A DNA stretch of 64,000 nucleotides, from NCBI GenBank assembly GCA_021154885.1, contig JAJKHS010000041.1:66441-130440 (forward strand), written 5' to 3'. This document shows, in pieces, positions 42,155-53,815 of this stretch. The notes beneath the pieces were generated by a model, which was given only the letters and a program-made list of their open reading frames with translations, had not been told where the DNA came from and did no database searches. A program made the translations under genes and the position numbers. How positions within the stretch are numbered: the first letter of the stretch is position 1; each line of letters starts with the position of its first letter. Source of the stretch: Thermoanaerobaculum sp. GTDB taxonomy: Bacteria > Acidobacteriota > Thermoanaerobaculia > Multivoradales > UBA5704.

Positions 42155-43018
42155 GTGAAGGTCGCCTACTTCACGGCGGGCACCGTGGGCGTGGGGCATC
42201 TCGTCAGGGGGCTCGCCATTGGACGTGGCCTTGCCCGAGCCGGTTTCGCGGGCGAGTACCGGATCTTCGGCCCGCAGCTCCCTTTCCCGGCGGCGCAGGG
42301 ACGTGCGGAGCATGAGCCGGTCGTCGTCGAGACCGACCGCACCCTGCGCGACCGGCAACTGGCGCAGACCAGCGCGCTCGCCCGCCAGCTCCAGGGCTTC
42401 GCGCCGGACCTTCTGTTGGTGGACATGTTCTGGGCTCCCCTGCGCTGGGTGCTGCCGGCGCTGCCGTGCGCGGCCTGGCTGCTCGTCCGCATCTGCCCGC
42501 CGCACTGGCTGCTCGGTCCGCCCGGCCTCCCCTTCGAGCCCGCCCAATATGATCGGATCATCGCCGTCGAGCCCATGCCGGAGCGCGGCGCCCGCGAGTC
42601 GATCGCTCCGGTCGTGATCTGCAATCCGGACGAGTGCAGGCCGCCCGGAGCCCTGCGGGAGCGGCTCGGAGCTTCCGCCGGCCACCCATTGATCGTCGTT
42701 CTGCAGGCGGGACAGCGCGGAGAGTCCGAGCCGCTGCTTGAGGCGGCGGGTGAGGGAGCGGTCGTCCTCGACCTTTTCGAGCCCGAAGCGCTGTTCCCCG
42801 CCGCCGAATGGCTCGGAGGGGCCGACCGCATCGTCGCGGGCGCGGGGTACAATGCGTTCTGGGAAGCCCATTGGCTCGGATACGCGGAGCGGACGGAGTG
42901 GATTCCGTTCCGCCGCACGATCGACGATCAGGCCCTGCGGGTCGAGCTCGGCCGCGGCATGACCCCGCGGGAGAACGGCGCCGATACCCTGGCCCACTGG
43001 ATCGTCGCTGGAGCATGA
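42155..43018 (+). CDS. GT-B glycosyltransferase-like protein
   Basis: G.GHLVRGLAI N-terminus; AGYNAFWE, DDQ..R. Confidence 0.6.
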   Translation: MKVAYFTAGTVGVGHLVRGLAIGRGLARAGFAGEYRIFGPQLPFPAAQGRAEHEPVVVETDRTLRDRQLAQTSALARQLQGFAPDLLLVDMFWAPLRWVLPALPCAAWLLVRICPPHWLLGPPGLPFEPAQYDRIIAVEPMPERGARESIAPVVICNPDECRPPGALRERLGASAGHPLIVVLQAGQRGESEPLLEAAGEGAVVLDLFEPEALFPAAEWLGGADRIVAGAGYNAFWEAHWLGYAERTEWIPFRRTIDDQALRVELGRGMTPRENGADTLAHWIVAGA

Positions 43019-44706
43019 CGGTGAAGCACCCTGACGAAGAGACCCCGCCCGCAGAGGCCATGGAGGACGGAGCCGATCCGCTCCTCACCCGGCGGGGCTT
43101 TCTCGCCGGAGCGGCGGGCCTGGGGGGCGCCGCCTTCGCCACCGGCGGCATCCTCACCGCCGCGGAGGCGGCGGCGAAGAGCCGGCCCGCTCCGGCCGTG
43201 GCCGCCTCGGCGGGGGACCGCCGGCTGGCCCAGGCCTTCGACGTCCGCATGCAGGCCGCCCGGCGCGAGCGCGACCTCGGGCCCGGGGTCCACCTCACCA
43301 ACGGCGAAGAGGACTCGCTGCCCGGCCGCATCGCCTGCTACTCGAAGGGCCTGCCGCACGATCGCAGCGGCAACGTCGACCTCAAGGCCTACGACGTGTA
43401 CCTGAGGGCTCTGCGCTCCGGCAGACCTGAGGATTTCGAGCGCATCCCGCTCGGCGGCTTCGTCAAGCTGGCCAACCCGCAGTCCGCCTGGGCCTGCGAG
43501 CTGATTGGCCCGGACAGCTCGCAGGTGCCATGCCCACCGCCGCCCGGCTTCGCGAGCCCCGAGCAGGGGGGGGAGATCGCGGAGCTCTACTGGCAGGCCC
43601 TGCTGCGCGACGTGCCGTTCGCCGAGTACGGCTCGCACCCGGGGGTGGAGAAGGCGGCGGCGGATCTCTCCGCGCTCGCCGCTTTCACCGGATCGCGGCG
43701 GGACGGCGGGGTGACCCCCGACACTCTGTTCCGCGGCGCGACCGCCGGCGATCTGGTTGGCCCCTATGTCTCGCAGTTCCTCTGGAAGCCCATCCCCTTC
43801 CTGCCCATCCGCATCGAGCAGAAGATCCGTACGGCGGTCCCTGGCGTCGACTACATGACTGACTTCGACGGCTGGCTGGCGATCCAGAACGGCGCCCTCG
43901 CCGGCGTCAACCGCTTCGACGAGGCTCCGCGCTTCATCCGTAACGGCCGCGACCTCGGGGAGTACGTGCACCGGGACTTCACCTATCAGTCCTTCCTCAG
44001 CGCCTGCCTGATCGCGCTCAAGGCCGGCACACAGCCCGACGGCGGCAATCCCTACAAGCACTCGCGCACTCAAGGGTCCTTCACCACCTTCGGACAGCCC
44101 TTCCTCTTCTACCTGCTCGCGGTGGTCACGCAGGCAGCGCTCAAGGGCTGCTGGTACGAAAAGTGGGCCGTCCACCGGCGCCTGCGGCCGGAGGAGTACG
44201 CCGGCCGGATCGAGGCGCACGCGAGCGGCCGGGCGCGGTACCCGCTCCCCGACGGGCTGCTCGACTCGCCGGCGGTGGCCGCCGTCCGGGAGCGCTATCG
44301 CACGGCGTTGCTGCCGCAGGCATATCCCGAAGGCTCTCCCACGCACCCCTCCTACCCGGCGGGCCACGCGGTGATCTCGGGTGCCTGCGCGACGGTGCTC
44401 AAGGCCTGCCTGGACGAGTCGCACGTGCTTCCCGAGCCCGTGCAGGCGAGCCCGGACGGCCTCTCCCTCCAGCCCTGGAAGGGGGCCGACCTGACGGTGG
44501 GCGGAGAGCTCGACAAGCTGGCCGCGAATATCAGCCTCAGCCGCGATTTCGCCGGCCTGCACTGGCGTTCGGACGCGGTGGCGGGCCTGCACCTGGGCGA
44601 GGAGGTGGCCATCCGCACCCTGGAGGAGCTGAGCCTCACCGGCAACGAGCTGTTCGCCGGCTGGAGCCTGAAGCGCTTCGACGGCCGGCGGGTGACGGTG
44701 GGGTAG
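43015..44706 (+). CDS. Tat-exported vanadium-dependent haloperoxidase
   Basis: TRRGFL signal; KW.VHRRLRPE, HPSYPAGH, R.FAGLHWRSD vanadate-site motifs. Confidence 0.9.
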   Translation: MTVKHPDEETPPAEAMEDGADPLLTRRGFLAGAAGLGGAAFATGGILTAAEAAAKSRPAPAVAASAGDRRLAQAFDVRMQAARRERDLGPGVHLTNGEEDSLPGRIACYSKGLPHDRSGNVDLKAYDVYLRALRSGRPEDFERIPLGGFVKLANPQSAWACELIGPDSSQVPCPPPPGFASPEQGGEIAELYWQALLRDVPFAEYGSHPGVEKAAADLSALAAFTGSRRDGGVTPDTLFRGATAGDLVGPYVSQFLWKPIPFLPIRIEQKIRTAVPGVDYMTDFDGWLAIQNGALAGVNRFDEAPRFIRNGRDLGEYVHRDFTYQSFLSACLIALKAGTQPDGGNPYKHSRTQGSFTTFGQPFLFYLLAVVTQAALKGCWYEKWAVHRRLRPEEYAGRIEAHASGRARYPLPDGLLDSPAVAAVRERYRTALLPQAYPEGSPTHPSYPAGHAVISGACATVLKACLDESHVLPEPVQASPDGLSLQPWKGADLTVGGELDKLAANISLSRDFAGLHWRSDAVAGLHLGEEVAIRTLEELSLTGNELFAGWSLKRFDGRRVTVG

Positions 44707-44746
44707 GCTTCAGGCGGTAGGAAACCGACTGGCCGGGGGAGAGTGC

Positions 44747-45180
44747 ATGCTGGAATCCCGTCTCAGGGGACTGCCGTTTTTTGAAGGTGTCGAAACGGCC
44801 AGGTTGCAACGTCTGGAGGCGCTGACGGAGACGCTGAGCCGCCAGCCGCACGCCATCGTCTACCGCACCGGGGACGCTTGCGACGGCCTGTACGTCGTCC
44901 ATCGGGGCGCCGTGCTCTTCCGGGCGGAACGGCCCGGCCCGCCCGTCGAGCGGCTGCGGGAGCTGGGAGCCGGCGAGATCTTCGGCGAGAAGGAGGCGCT
45001 CGACGGCACGCCGCGCGAAGCTCACCGTGCGCTCGCTGGGCGAGACGGACCTCCTGCGCATCCCGCTGGAGCCCCTGCGCGCGCTGCTGGCCGAGCAGCC
45101 GTTTTTGGAGACCGTCCTGCGCACGCTGGCGATCCGCCACCGCAGCGCCCAGGTGCGGGCCTCGGGTGGCGGCGGCGGCT
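44747..45180 (+). pseudogene. Cyclic-nucleotide-binding domain protein, frameshifted and truncated
   Basis: GLYVVHRG..GEIFGE..PRE / LTVRSLGETDLL split by 1 nt at ~45020; corrected frame runs antisense into dinB. Confidence 0.65.
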
Positions 45181-45707
45181 TAGATCTCGACGCCGTAGTT
45201 GTCGCGCAGCCCGTTGAGGTGGTGCGTCACGTGCCCGGCCATCTTGAAAGCCAGGGCCCGCGGCGAGACCGGGAGGTTGTTCGCCACGCCGATCCGCCTC
45301 CAGTCCTCAGGCTTCAGGTGGCGGAAGAAGAGCAGGTGCCCTTTCCGCACGGCCTCGAATTCGTCCAGCAGCTCGGCGAGCGGGAAGGCGTCGTGGGGAG
45401 AGTTGCGGCCGTAGACCTTTTCGTCGAAGCCCGGCAGGGGTGTCGCGTCGCCGCGGGCGACCGAGAGCGCCCTGTAGCCGAAGACCCGCTCCGTATCGAT
45501 CACGTGTCCCACGACCTCCCGGAGGCTCCACTTCCCTTCGGCGTAGCGATGTCCCGCGCGCGACTCCGGCAGCGAGCCCAGCGCCTTCCGTACCGCGGCC
45601 GGCTGGGTGGCCAGCTCTGAGAGGACGTCCCCGCCCGGCACGAGCGAGATGTAGCGTTCGAAATAGGGTGCGTACTCCGTGGGCTCCGGCCGGCCGATCT
45701 CAGGCAT
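45180..45707 (-). CDS. DinB-family protein
   Basis: YAEGKWS..EVVGH..DTER, AGH..HH. Confidence 0.9.
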   Translation of the reverse strand: MPEIGRPEPTEYAPYFERYISLVPGGDVLSELATQPAAVRKALGSLPESRAGHRYAEGKWSLREVVGHVIDTERVFGYRALSVARGDATPLPGFDEKVYGRNSPHDAFPLAELLDEFEAVRKGHLLFFRHLKPEDWRRIGVANNLPVSPRALAFKMAGHVTHHLNGLRDNYGVEI

Positions 45708-45905
45708 AGTCGTGTGATCCTCCTGAGGGGGAGGCTAGCACGACGGTACGGCCGGAGCGCCGCGGTTTCCTCTTCTCCGGGTCACGTGACCTGGGCGCCG
45801 GACATGCCGTAGACACCCTTCGCATCGGCAGGTGTCCCCAGGGCTTGATAGTAGAGAGGCTTGCCATTGAAAACGCCTGTTGGCGGGAGCACGCGAAGGC
45901 CTTGT

Positions 45906-45971
45906 CGACACGTCGCTGACGTGTCAGTGACTGATTTTTGACATGTCGGTGGAGAGTCACTGACCAGACTT
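45906..45971. promoter_or_regulatory. Array of six 11-bp-phased TGAC-N2-GTCA-like sites
   Basis: Units start at 45906, 45917, 45928, 45939, 45950 and 45961. Confidence 0.65.
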
Positions 45972-45999
45972 GAGATCACGTTCCAAGTGCTCCGGGGCC

Positions 46000-46015
46000 T
46001 GGCATCAGGATTGCT
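46000..46015 (+). promoter_or_regulatory. sigma54 (-24/-12) promoter
   Basis: TGGCAT-CAGGA-TTGCT. Confidence 0.7.
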
Positions 46016-46075
46016 CCTGCCTGAGAAAAGAAAGTGCATATCGCATTTTCCATTCGCGCAGGAGAGGAGACTCAA

Positions 46076-46627
46076 ATGGCAAGCAATGCGAACGACCGTC
46101 CCGGATCTCCAGAGGTCGAAGCCACGGCCGTCCCCACGGGTAGCTGGTACCGGTTCACCAACATGTTCCTGGGAGAGGACCGCTCGCTGGACACCTACAG
46201 CAATGCTGGCAACGAGCCGTTCATGGGCGACACCGGGAACTACTCCGGGCAGTATTGGAAAATCACCCCGCTGGGAGGCGACTATTACCGGCTCACCAAC
46301 ATGTTCCTGGGGGATGGCCGCTCTCTGGACACCTACAGCAATGCTGGCAACGAGCCGTTCATGGGCGACACCGGGAATTACTCCGGGCAGTATTGGCAAT
46401 TCACACCGCTCTCCGGGGGCTACTTCCGATTGACGAACATGTTCCTGGGAAGTGGCCGGTCTCTGGACACCTACAGCGATTTGGGCAACGAGCCGTTCAT
46501 GGGCAACACTGGAAACTATTCCGGGCAGTACTGGAAGATCACGCTGATCACGGGCACCGAAGAGATCGATTTCTCCGGTGTGGATGCGACAACCCTGAAG
46601 CCCTCCGTGCGTCGTCCCAAGAGCTGA
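46076..46627 (+). CDS. Ricin-B/beta-trefoil lectin-like protein, three 46-aa repeats
   Basis: 138-bp period (46148, 46286, 46424), each with LD...GQYW (QxW); SD GAGGAG. Confidence 0.85.
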   Translation: MASNANDRPGSPEVEATAVPTGSWYRFTNMFLGEDRSLDTYSNAGNEPFMGDTGNYSGQYWKITPLGGDYYRLTNMFLGDGRSLDTYSNAGNEPFMGDTGNYSGQYWQFTPLSGGYFRLTNMFLGSGRSLDTYSDLGNEPFMGNTGNYSGQYWKITLITGTEEIDFSGVDATTLKPSVRRPKS

Positions 46628-46746
46628 TACCGGCGCCCGCCAACCGTGTTGCCGAGGGAGAGCGCTCCGTACGAGTGCTCTCCCTCTTGCGTCTCTCTCC
46701 TCCCTACTTAAAAAGGTTCTTCAAGGGGCGTGGCGGCCCTGGTCGT

Positions 46747-48912
<2,166 letters not shown>

Positions 48913-49003
48913 GGAGGTCCTCCGATAAGGTCCATGTCCTTATACGCCGGACCGCTGCGGAAGTTAGCTTGGGCCGAATCGAGACAGTGCTAAACTGTTC
49001 GTC

Positions 49004-49882
49004 ATGAGCCGCCCATTGAGCCCCGAAGATCGGGCCACCCTCCGCAGTCTCTCCCGCCGCAGCGACGCCCGGGCCTTCCTGACCATTGCCGCCGACTGGG
49101 GCGTGGTCCTCCTGGCGGCGGGGTTAAGCGAAACGTTTTTCCGCCCGTGGCTGATTCCCCTTGCCGCGATCTTGATCGCACGGCAGATGAACGCGCTGTT
49201 CGAGCTCCATCACCACGCCATTCACGCCAACCTCTTCACGCGGAAGGGTTGGAATTCGAAGCTCCAGTTTTTCTATTCGCTGCCGCTGGCGACCACGATC
49301 GCGGCCGACCGCGACGATCACATGGATCACCACCGCACTTTCAACACGGTGGAGAAGGATTATCTGACCTGGGGCACGGGCTACGGCCTCGATCCGGCGC
49401 GGCGGCACGACCGGCGATACATGACCTGGTTCCTTTGGCTCCGGCCGTTCCTCGGACCGATGCAACTCGCGGATCTCAAGGAGGTCCTGACTTCGAAACG
49501 CTGGCGCGACCCCGCCTACCGCAATCCGGTGGCTACGTTCTGGATCTGCGCCGTGGCGGTCTTCCTGGCGGCCGGCCGGCTCGACCTGCTGCTCTGGTAC
49601 TGGCTCGTGCCGCGCTTCACGGTCTTCCCGATCCTCTTTTTCTGGGACGACATGCTCGGCCACTACAACTGCCCGCGCACCGGCACGCGGGAGATGCGCG
49701 GCCTGTGGTTCCGGCTCTTCGGCGCCCATGGCACGAGCTTCCACAATATTCACCACCTTTATCCGGCGATCCCCTGGTTCAACATGGAGACGGCGACCCG
49801 GCTCGCCATCGACGAGGCCGAGGTGGACGTGGCCCACGGCTTCGTGGACGGCATGCGGCAGCTCGTCGTGGCGCAGGAGTAA
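49004..49882 (+). CDS. Membrane fatty-acid desaturase family protein
   Basis: His boxes HHAIH, HMDHH, HNIHH. Confidence 0.85.
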   Translation: MSRPLSPEDRATLRSLSRRSDARAFLTIAADWGVVLLAAGLSETFFRPWLIPLAAILIARQMNALFELHHHAIHANLFTRKGWNSKLQFFYSLPLATTIAADRDDHMDHHRTFNTVEKDYLTWGTGYGLDPARRHDRRYMTWFLWLRPFLGPMQLADLKEVLTSKRWRDPAYRNPVATFWICAVAVFLAAGRLDLLLWYWLVPRFTVFPILFFWDDMLGHYNCPRTGTREMRGLWFRLFGAHGTSFHNIHHLYPAIPWFNMETATRLAIDEAEVDVAHGFVDGMRQLVVAQE

Positions 49883-49886
49883 GTCT

Positions 49887-49965
49887 GAACGTCGAATGGC
49901 GAATCAAGAATGTCGAAACATCGAGCTCGCCCCATTCGCCATTCTTCATTCGCCATTCTCCATTC
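49887..49965. repeat. Inverted heptamer repeats (GAATNNN / CATTCNN)
   Basis: GAATGGC GAATCAA GAATGTC ... CATTCGC CATTCTT CATTCGC CATTCTC. Confidence 0.75.
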
Positions 49966-49969
49966 ACCT

Positions 49970-51547
49970 GTGGTGCTGGCCGGCAAGACCGCCGCCCCCT
50001 GCGGGCGCTCGGCGGAGCCCTGGATCCTCGCCGCCACCATCCTCGGCTCCAGCATGGCGTTTATCGACGGCACAGCGGTGAACGTCGCGCTGCCGGCCTT
50101 GCAGGCGAGCCTGGGGGCCACGGTCACCCAGGTGCAGTGGGTGGTCGAGGCGTACGCCCTATTCCTCTCGGCCCTGCTGCTGGTGGGCGGCTCGCTGGGG
50201 GACCACTTCGGCAGGCGGCGGGTGTTCCTCCTCGGCGTCGCCGGGTTCGCACTGGCCTCGGCGTGGTGCGGCTTGGCGCCGGACACGGCGCAGCTCATCG
50301 GGGCGCGGGCCGTTCAGGGGATCGCGGCGGCGCTCCTGGTGCCGGGGAGCCTGGCCCTGCTCTCGGCCTCCTTCGACGAGACGCGGCGCGGACGGGCCAT
50401 CGGCACGTGGTCCGGCTTCGGCTCGATCACCGCGGCCGTGGGGCCGCTGGTGGGCGGCTGGCTGATCGATCACACGTCATGGCGCTGGGTGTTCGCCCTC
50501 AATCTGCCGCTCGCCCTGGCGGTGACGGTCATCGCGCTGCGCTACGTGCCGGAGAGCCGCGATCCCGAAGCGTCCGGCCGGCTGGATTGGCCGGGGGCGC
50601 TGCTGGCCACCGCCGGTCTGGGCGGGGTGACGTACGGCTTCATCGAGTCGTCGCGCCTCGGGTGGGGCAACCCACAAGCGTGGGGAGCGATCGTGATCGG
50701 CGCCGCGTCGCTGGCGGCCTTCCTCGCGGTGGAGGCAAGGTCGCCGCAGCCCATGATGCCGCTCTCGCTGTTCCGGTCGCGGATCTTCGCCGGGGCCAAC
50801 CTGCTGACGCTCTGGCTCTATGCGGCGATGGCCGGCGCCTTGTTCTTCCTGCCGTTCAACCTCATCCAGGTGCAGGGTTACAGTGCCACGGCGGCCGGCG
50901 CCGCGCTGCTGCCGTTCGTCGTCCTCATGTTCTCCCTCTCCCGCTGGTCCGGCGGGCTGGTGGACCGCTACGGGGCGCGCCGGCCGCTGATCGTGGGGCC
51001 GGCCGTGGCCGCCGGCGGCTTTACCCTGTTCGCCTTTGCGGGGACCGGCGGCAGCTACTGGGCGTCGTTTTTTCCGGCCATCCTCGTCCTGGGGCTGGGC
51101 ATGGCGATCAGCGTCGCGCCGCTCACCACGGCGGTGATGGGCGCGGTGGACGAGCGGCACGCGGGAGTGGCATCGGGCATCAACAACGCCGTCTCGCGTT
51201 GCGCAGGCCTGCTGGCCATCGCCGTGCTGGGGCTCGTCCTGCTGGGCGTCTTCAGCCGCAGCCTCGACCGCCGCCTCGCGGGGCTCGACCTGCCGCCGGA
51301 AACGCGACAGGTCCTGGAAGCCGGGAAGACCCGGCTGGCCGCTCTGCAAGCGCCGGCCGCGGCGCCGCCGGAGGTGCGGGCCCGGGTCCACGCCGCGGTG
51401 GACGGGGCCTTCCTCGACGGCTACCGGCGGGTGATGCTGGTGGCGGCCGGGCTGGCGCTGCTGGCGTCTCTGAGCGCCGCCTGGCTGTTGTCTTCTTCTT
51501 CGCCGGGCCCTCTGTCAAGAGTAGAATCAGATCCCAACTTGCCGTAG
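49970..51547 (+). CDS. DHA2-type (14-TM) MFS transporter
   Basis: DGTAVNVALP, GDHFGRRR, WRWVF..NLP; start uncertain. Confidence 0.9.
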   Translation: MVLAGKTAAPCGRSAEPWILAATILGSSMAFIDGTAVNVALPALQASLGATVTQVQWVVEAYALFLSALLLVGGSLGDHFGRRRVFLLGVAGFALASAWCGLAPDTAQLIGARAVQGIAAALLVPGSLALLSASFDETRRGRAIGTWSGFGSITAAVGPLVGGWLIDHTSWRWVFALNLPLALAVTVIALRYVPESRDPEASGRLDWPGALLATAGLGGVTYGFIESSRLGWGNPQAWGAIVIGAASLAAFLAVEARSPQPMMPLSLFRSRIFAGANLLTLWLYAAMAGALFFLPFNLIQVQGYSATAAGAALLPFVVLMFSLSRWSGGLVDRYGARRPLIVGPAVAAGGFTLFAFAGTGGSYWASFFPAILVLGLGMAISVAPLTTAVMGAVDERHAGVASGINNAVSRCAGLLAIAVLGLVLLGVFSRSLDRRLAGLDLPPETRQVLEAGKTRLAALQAPAAAPPEVRARVHAAVDGAFLDGYRRVMLVAAGLALLASLSAAWLLSSSSPGPLSRVESDPNLP

Positions 51548-51567
51548 AGATACGCGAGGAGGACTTT

Positions 51568-52578
51568 ATGATCAAGAAATCAGTGCTCTGCATCGCCCTT
51601 CTGGCGGTCTCGGCGGCGCTCGCCACGGCCGTCGCCGACGCCCCGCGCGCCAGGGATTTCGACTTCACCTACAGCGCGCACATCGCGGAGCTGCCGGCGG
51701 ACGCCCATCGGGTGGACGTCTGGCTGCCCTACCCGACGAGCGACGAAAATCAGGAGGTGACGGTCACCGAGGTCAACGCGCCCTTTCCGCACGAGGTCCT
51801 CAAGGAATCCAAGTACGGCAATTCGATCCTGCACCTCTCGGTCAGCGATCCGAAGGTGCACGATTTCGACGTCGACCTGAAGGTTCGGGTGCGGCGCAAG
51901 GAGTACCTCCACAACGCTTTCGCGTCCCTGCGGACCGGTGCGAAGGGGGCGCGGCCGGCATCGGTCGCGATGTGGCTGAAGCCGGACCGGCTGGTGCCGG
52001 TCGACGACCGCATCCGCGGCATCGCCCGCGGCGTGACCCGCGGCAAAAAAGGCGACCTCGCCAAGGCCCGGGCCATCTACGACTACGTGGTCGACACCAT
52101 GGCGTATGACAAGAGCGGCACCGGCTGGGGCAACGGCGACATCTACTGGGCCTGCGACGCGAAGCGGGGCAACTGCACTGACTTCCACGCCCTCTTCATC
52201 GGCCTCAACCGCGCGGTGGGGATCCCCGCCAAGTTCGCGATCGGTTTCCCCGTCCCGCCGGATCGCGGCCAGGGGGAGATCGCCGGTTATCACTGCTGGG
52301 CGGAGTTCTACCTGGACGGCTACGGCTGGGTGCCGGTCGACGCGTCGGAGGCACGCAAACATCCGGAGAAGCGGGATTACTTCTTCGGCGCTCACGACGA
52401 GAACCGGGTGCAGTTCACACTCGGACGGGACATCGTCCTCAATCCCAAGCAGGCCGGCGATCCACTGAACTACTTCATCTATCCCTATGTCGAGGTCAAC
52501 GGCCAGCCGTTCTCGAAGGTCACGAAGACCTTCCACTACAAGGATCAGGAGGCGCCGGCCAAGGCCGCCGGCAGATAG
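51568..52578 (+). CDS. Secreted transglutaminase-like protein
   Basis: Signal peptide; GNCTDF, HCWAEFY, WVPVD triad; SD GAGGAGG. Confidence 0.9.
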   Translation: MIKKSVLCIALLAVSAALATAVADAPRARDFDFTYSAHIAELPADAHRVDVWLPYPTSDENQEVTVTEVNAPFPHEVLKESKYGNSILHLSVSDPKVHDFDVDLKVRVRRKEYLHNAFASLRTGAKGARPASVAMWLKPDRLVPVDDRIRGIARGVTRGKKGDLAKARAIYDYVVDTMAYDKSGTGWGNGDIYWACDAKRGNCTDFHALFIGLNRAVGIPAKFAIGFPVPPDRGQGEIAGYHCWAEFYLDGYGWVPVDASEARKHPEKRDYFFGAHDENRVQFTLGRDIVLNPKQAGDPLNYFIYPYVEVNGQPFSKVTKTFHYKDQEAPAKAAGR

Positions 52579-52605
52579 CTTCACTACATGGCGTTGACTT
52601 GACGC

Positions 52606-52726
52606 TTAGGGTAGGGGCGGGTCTGGACGGCAGGTTGGGGGCTCGACCCGCCCTGGTGGGGACGATGTCAACGTTGCAGGGCGGGTCGCGCCCCCTCCCG
52701 CCCGTCCAGACCCGCCCCTACCCTAA
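52606..52726. repeat. Long REP-like inverted repeat (GTAG type)
   Basis: TTAGGGTAGGGGCGGGTCTGGACGGGC ... GCCCGTCCAGACCCGCCCCTACCCTAA. Confidence 0.85.
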
Positions 52727-52734
52727 TCCAAGCC

Positions 52735-52756
52735 CGACGCGTCACTGACGTGTCAG
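52735..52756. promoter_or_regulatory. Two-unit TGAC-N2-GTCA site
   Basis: CGACGCGTCACTGACGTGTCAG, 20/22 identical to 45906-45927. Confidence 0.65.
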
Positions 52757-52802
52757 CCGCGCTCCCCGAGGCTTCCGCGGCCCGAAAATCCGCTTTTTCC
52801 GC

Positions 52803-52818
52803 TGGCACTCACCTTGCT
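52803..52818 (+). promoter_or_regulatory. sigma54 (-24/-12) promoter
   Basis: TGGCAC-TCACC-TTGCT. Confidence 0.75.
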
Positions 52819-52889
52819 ATTACCCCCTCGGCAACGATCCGGATCGCAACCTTCAACCAGGGCTCCGAGCCCGAAGAAAGGAAAATCCG

Positions 52890-53129
52890 ATGCCTCTCGT
52901 CCTCTTGCAGAAGGGTAAGTCTCTGCCGTTGCACGAAGGAGATCACGACGCCGTCACCAATCCCAACACCAAGGAAGGTCAGTACGTGCTGGCCTTCAAC
53001 CTGATGCCGCTCTCGATTCAACACCACATCCTCCCCCACGGGCACCAGGCGTTCGTCGTTCCCAAGGGCGGAGCGTCGGTCGAGAACAACGGGCACGTCG
53101 ACCTCGTCGTCATCACTCCGGGTCTGTGA
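52890..53129 (+). CDS. Small hypothetical protein (79 aa)
   Basis: SD AAAGGA, downstream of a sigma54 promoter, GC-ending codons. Confidence 0.65.
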   Translation: MPLVLLQKGKSLPLHEGDHDAVTNPNTKEGQYVLAFNLMPLSIQHHILPHGHQAFVVPKGGASVENNGHVDLVVITPGL

Positions 53130-53215
53130 TCGCGGTGCCCGGCGGGGAGACCCGCCGGGCGCATCGGTCCCGGCGCCGTGGTATCGTAGGCACGACAGGA
53201 AAGGAGCTGACACCA

Positions 53216-53671
53216 ATGAGCCCTCGCCGAACCTCCCTCGTCCTCCTCCTCCTCAGCGCCGCACTGTCTTTTACAATGCTCGGCCAAGCCCGGGCCGAAT
53301 CGCCGAAGACCGAGATCCAGGGCGCGGCGATCCTCGATCACCCCTGTGGCAAGGTCGCCGTCAAGCACATGGGGCTGGTCCATGCCGGAAAGCTCGAAGA
53401 GGCCGCCAAGCTCGGCACCCAGGAGATGCAGGACGGGTGGAAAGCCCTGCCCGCCGACGACCGCAAGATGATGACCGAGATGATGAAGGCGACGTCGAAA
53501 TCGGGGGAGCAGTTCTCGGCGGAGATCAAGGCCGGCGGGCTCCTGGTCGTCGAAGGCAAGAGCGCAACGCTGACCGTCAAGCAGGACCACAAGGACGCCA
53601 ACGGCACCAGCAGCGAAACGCTGACGCAGCGCTACGTGCTCGACGGCGCCACGTGCCGGATCTCGCGGTAG
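53216..53671 (+). CDS. Secreted hypothetical protein
   Basis: SD AAGGAG, signal peptide ending ARA, two Cys. Confidence 0.75.
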   Translation: MSPRRTSLVLLLLSAALSFTMLGQARAESPKTEIQGAAILDHPCGKVAVKHMGLVHAGKLEEAAKLGTQEMQDGWKALPADDRKMMTEMMKATSKSGEQFSAEIKAGGLLVVEGKSATLTVKQDHKDANGTSSETLTQRYVLDGATCRISR

Positions 53672-53680
53672 TCCCATAAG

Positions 53681-53778
53681 CAAGGACGCCAAGGACATCA
53701 AGGACACGAAGATCGCTGAGACCGGGGCTTCCTGGTCTTCAACGTCCTTGGTGTCCCTGCCGTCCTTGCCGTCCTTGG
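53681..53778. repeat. Inverted 9-mer repeats (CAAGGACNN / GTCCTTG) between convergent genes
   Basis: CAAGGACGC CAAGGACAT CAAGGACAC ... GTCCTTGGT GTCCCTGCC GTCCTTGCC GTCCTTGG. Confidence 0.75.
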
Positions 53779-53815
53779 CACCGTCACTTGACAGTCTCAG
53801 CCGTGATCGGCTCGA

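Noticed and set aside
46145-46560. CRISPR-like or non-coding 138-bp repeats
   Set aside because: In-frame coding repeats of the beta-trefoil gene.
49147-52578. 1143-aa ORF in the track
   Set aside because: Only the last ~336 codons (from 51568, with SD and signal peptide) are protein-like; the rest is an alternate frame over the desaturase and MFS genes.
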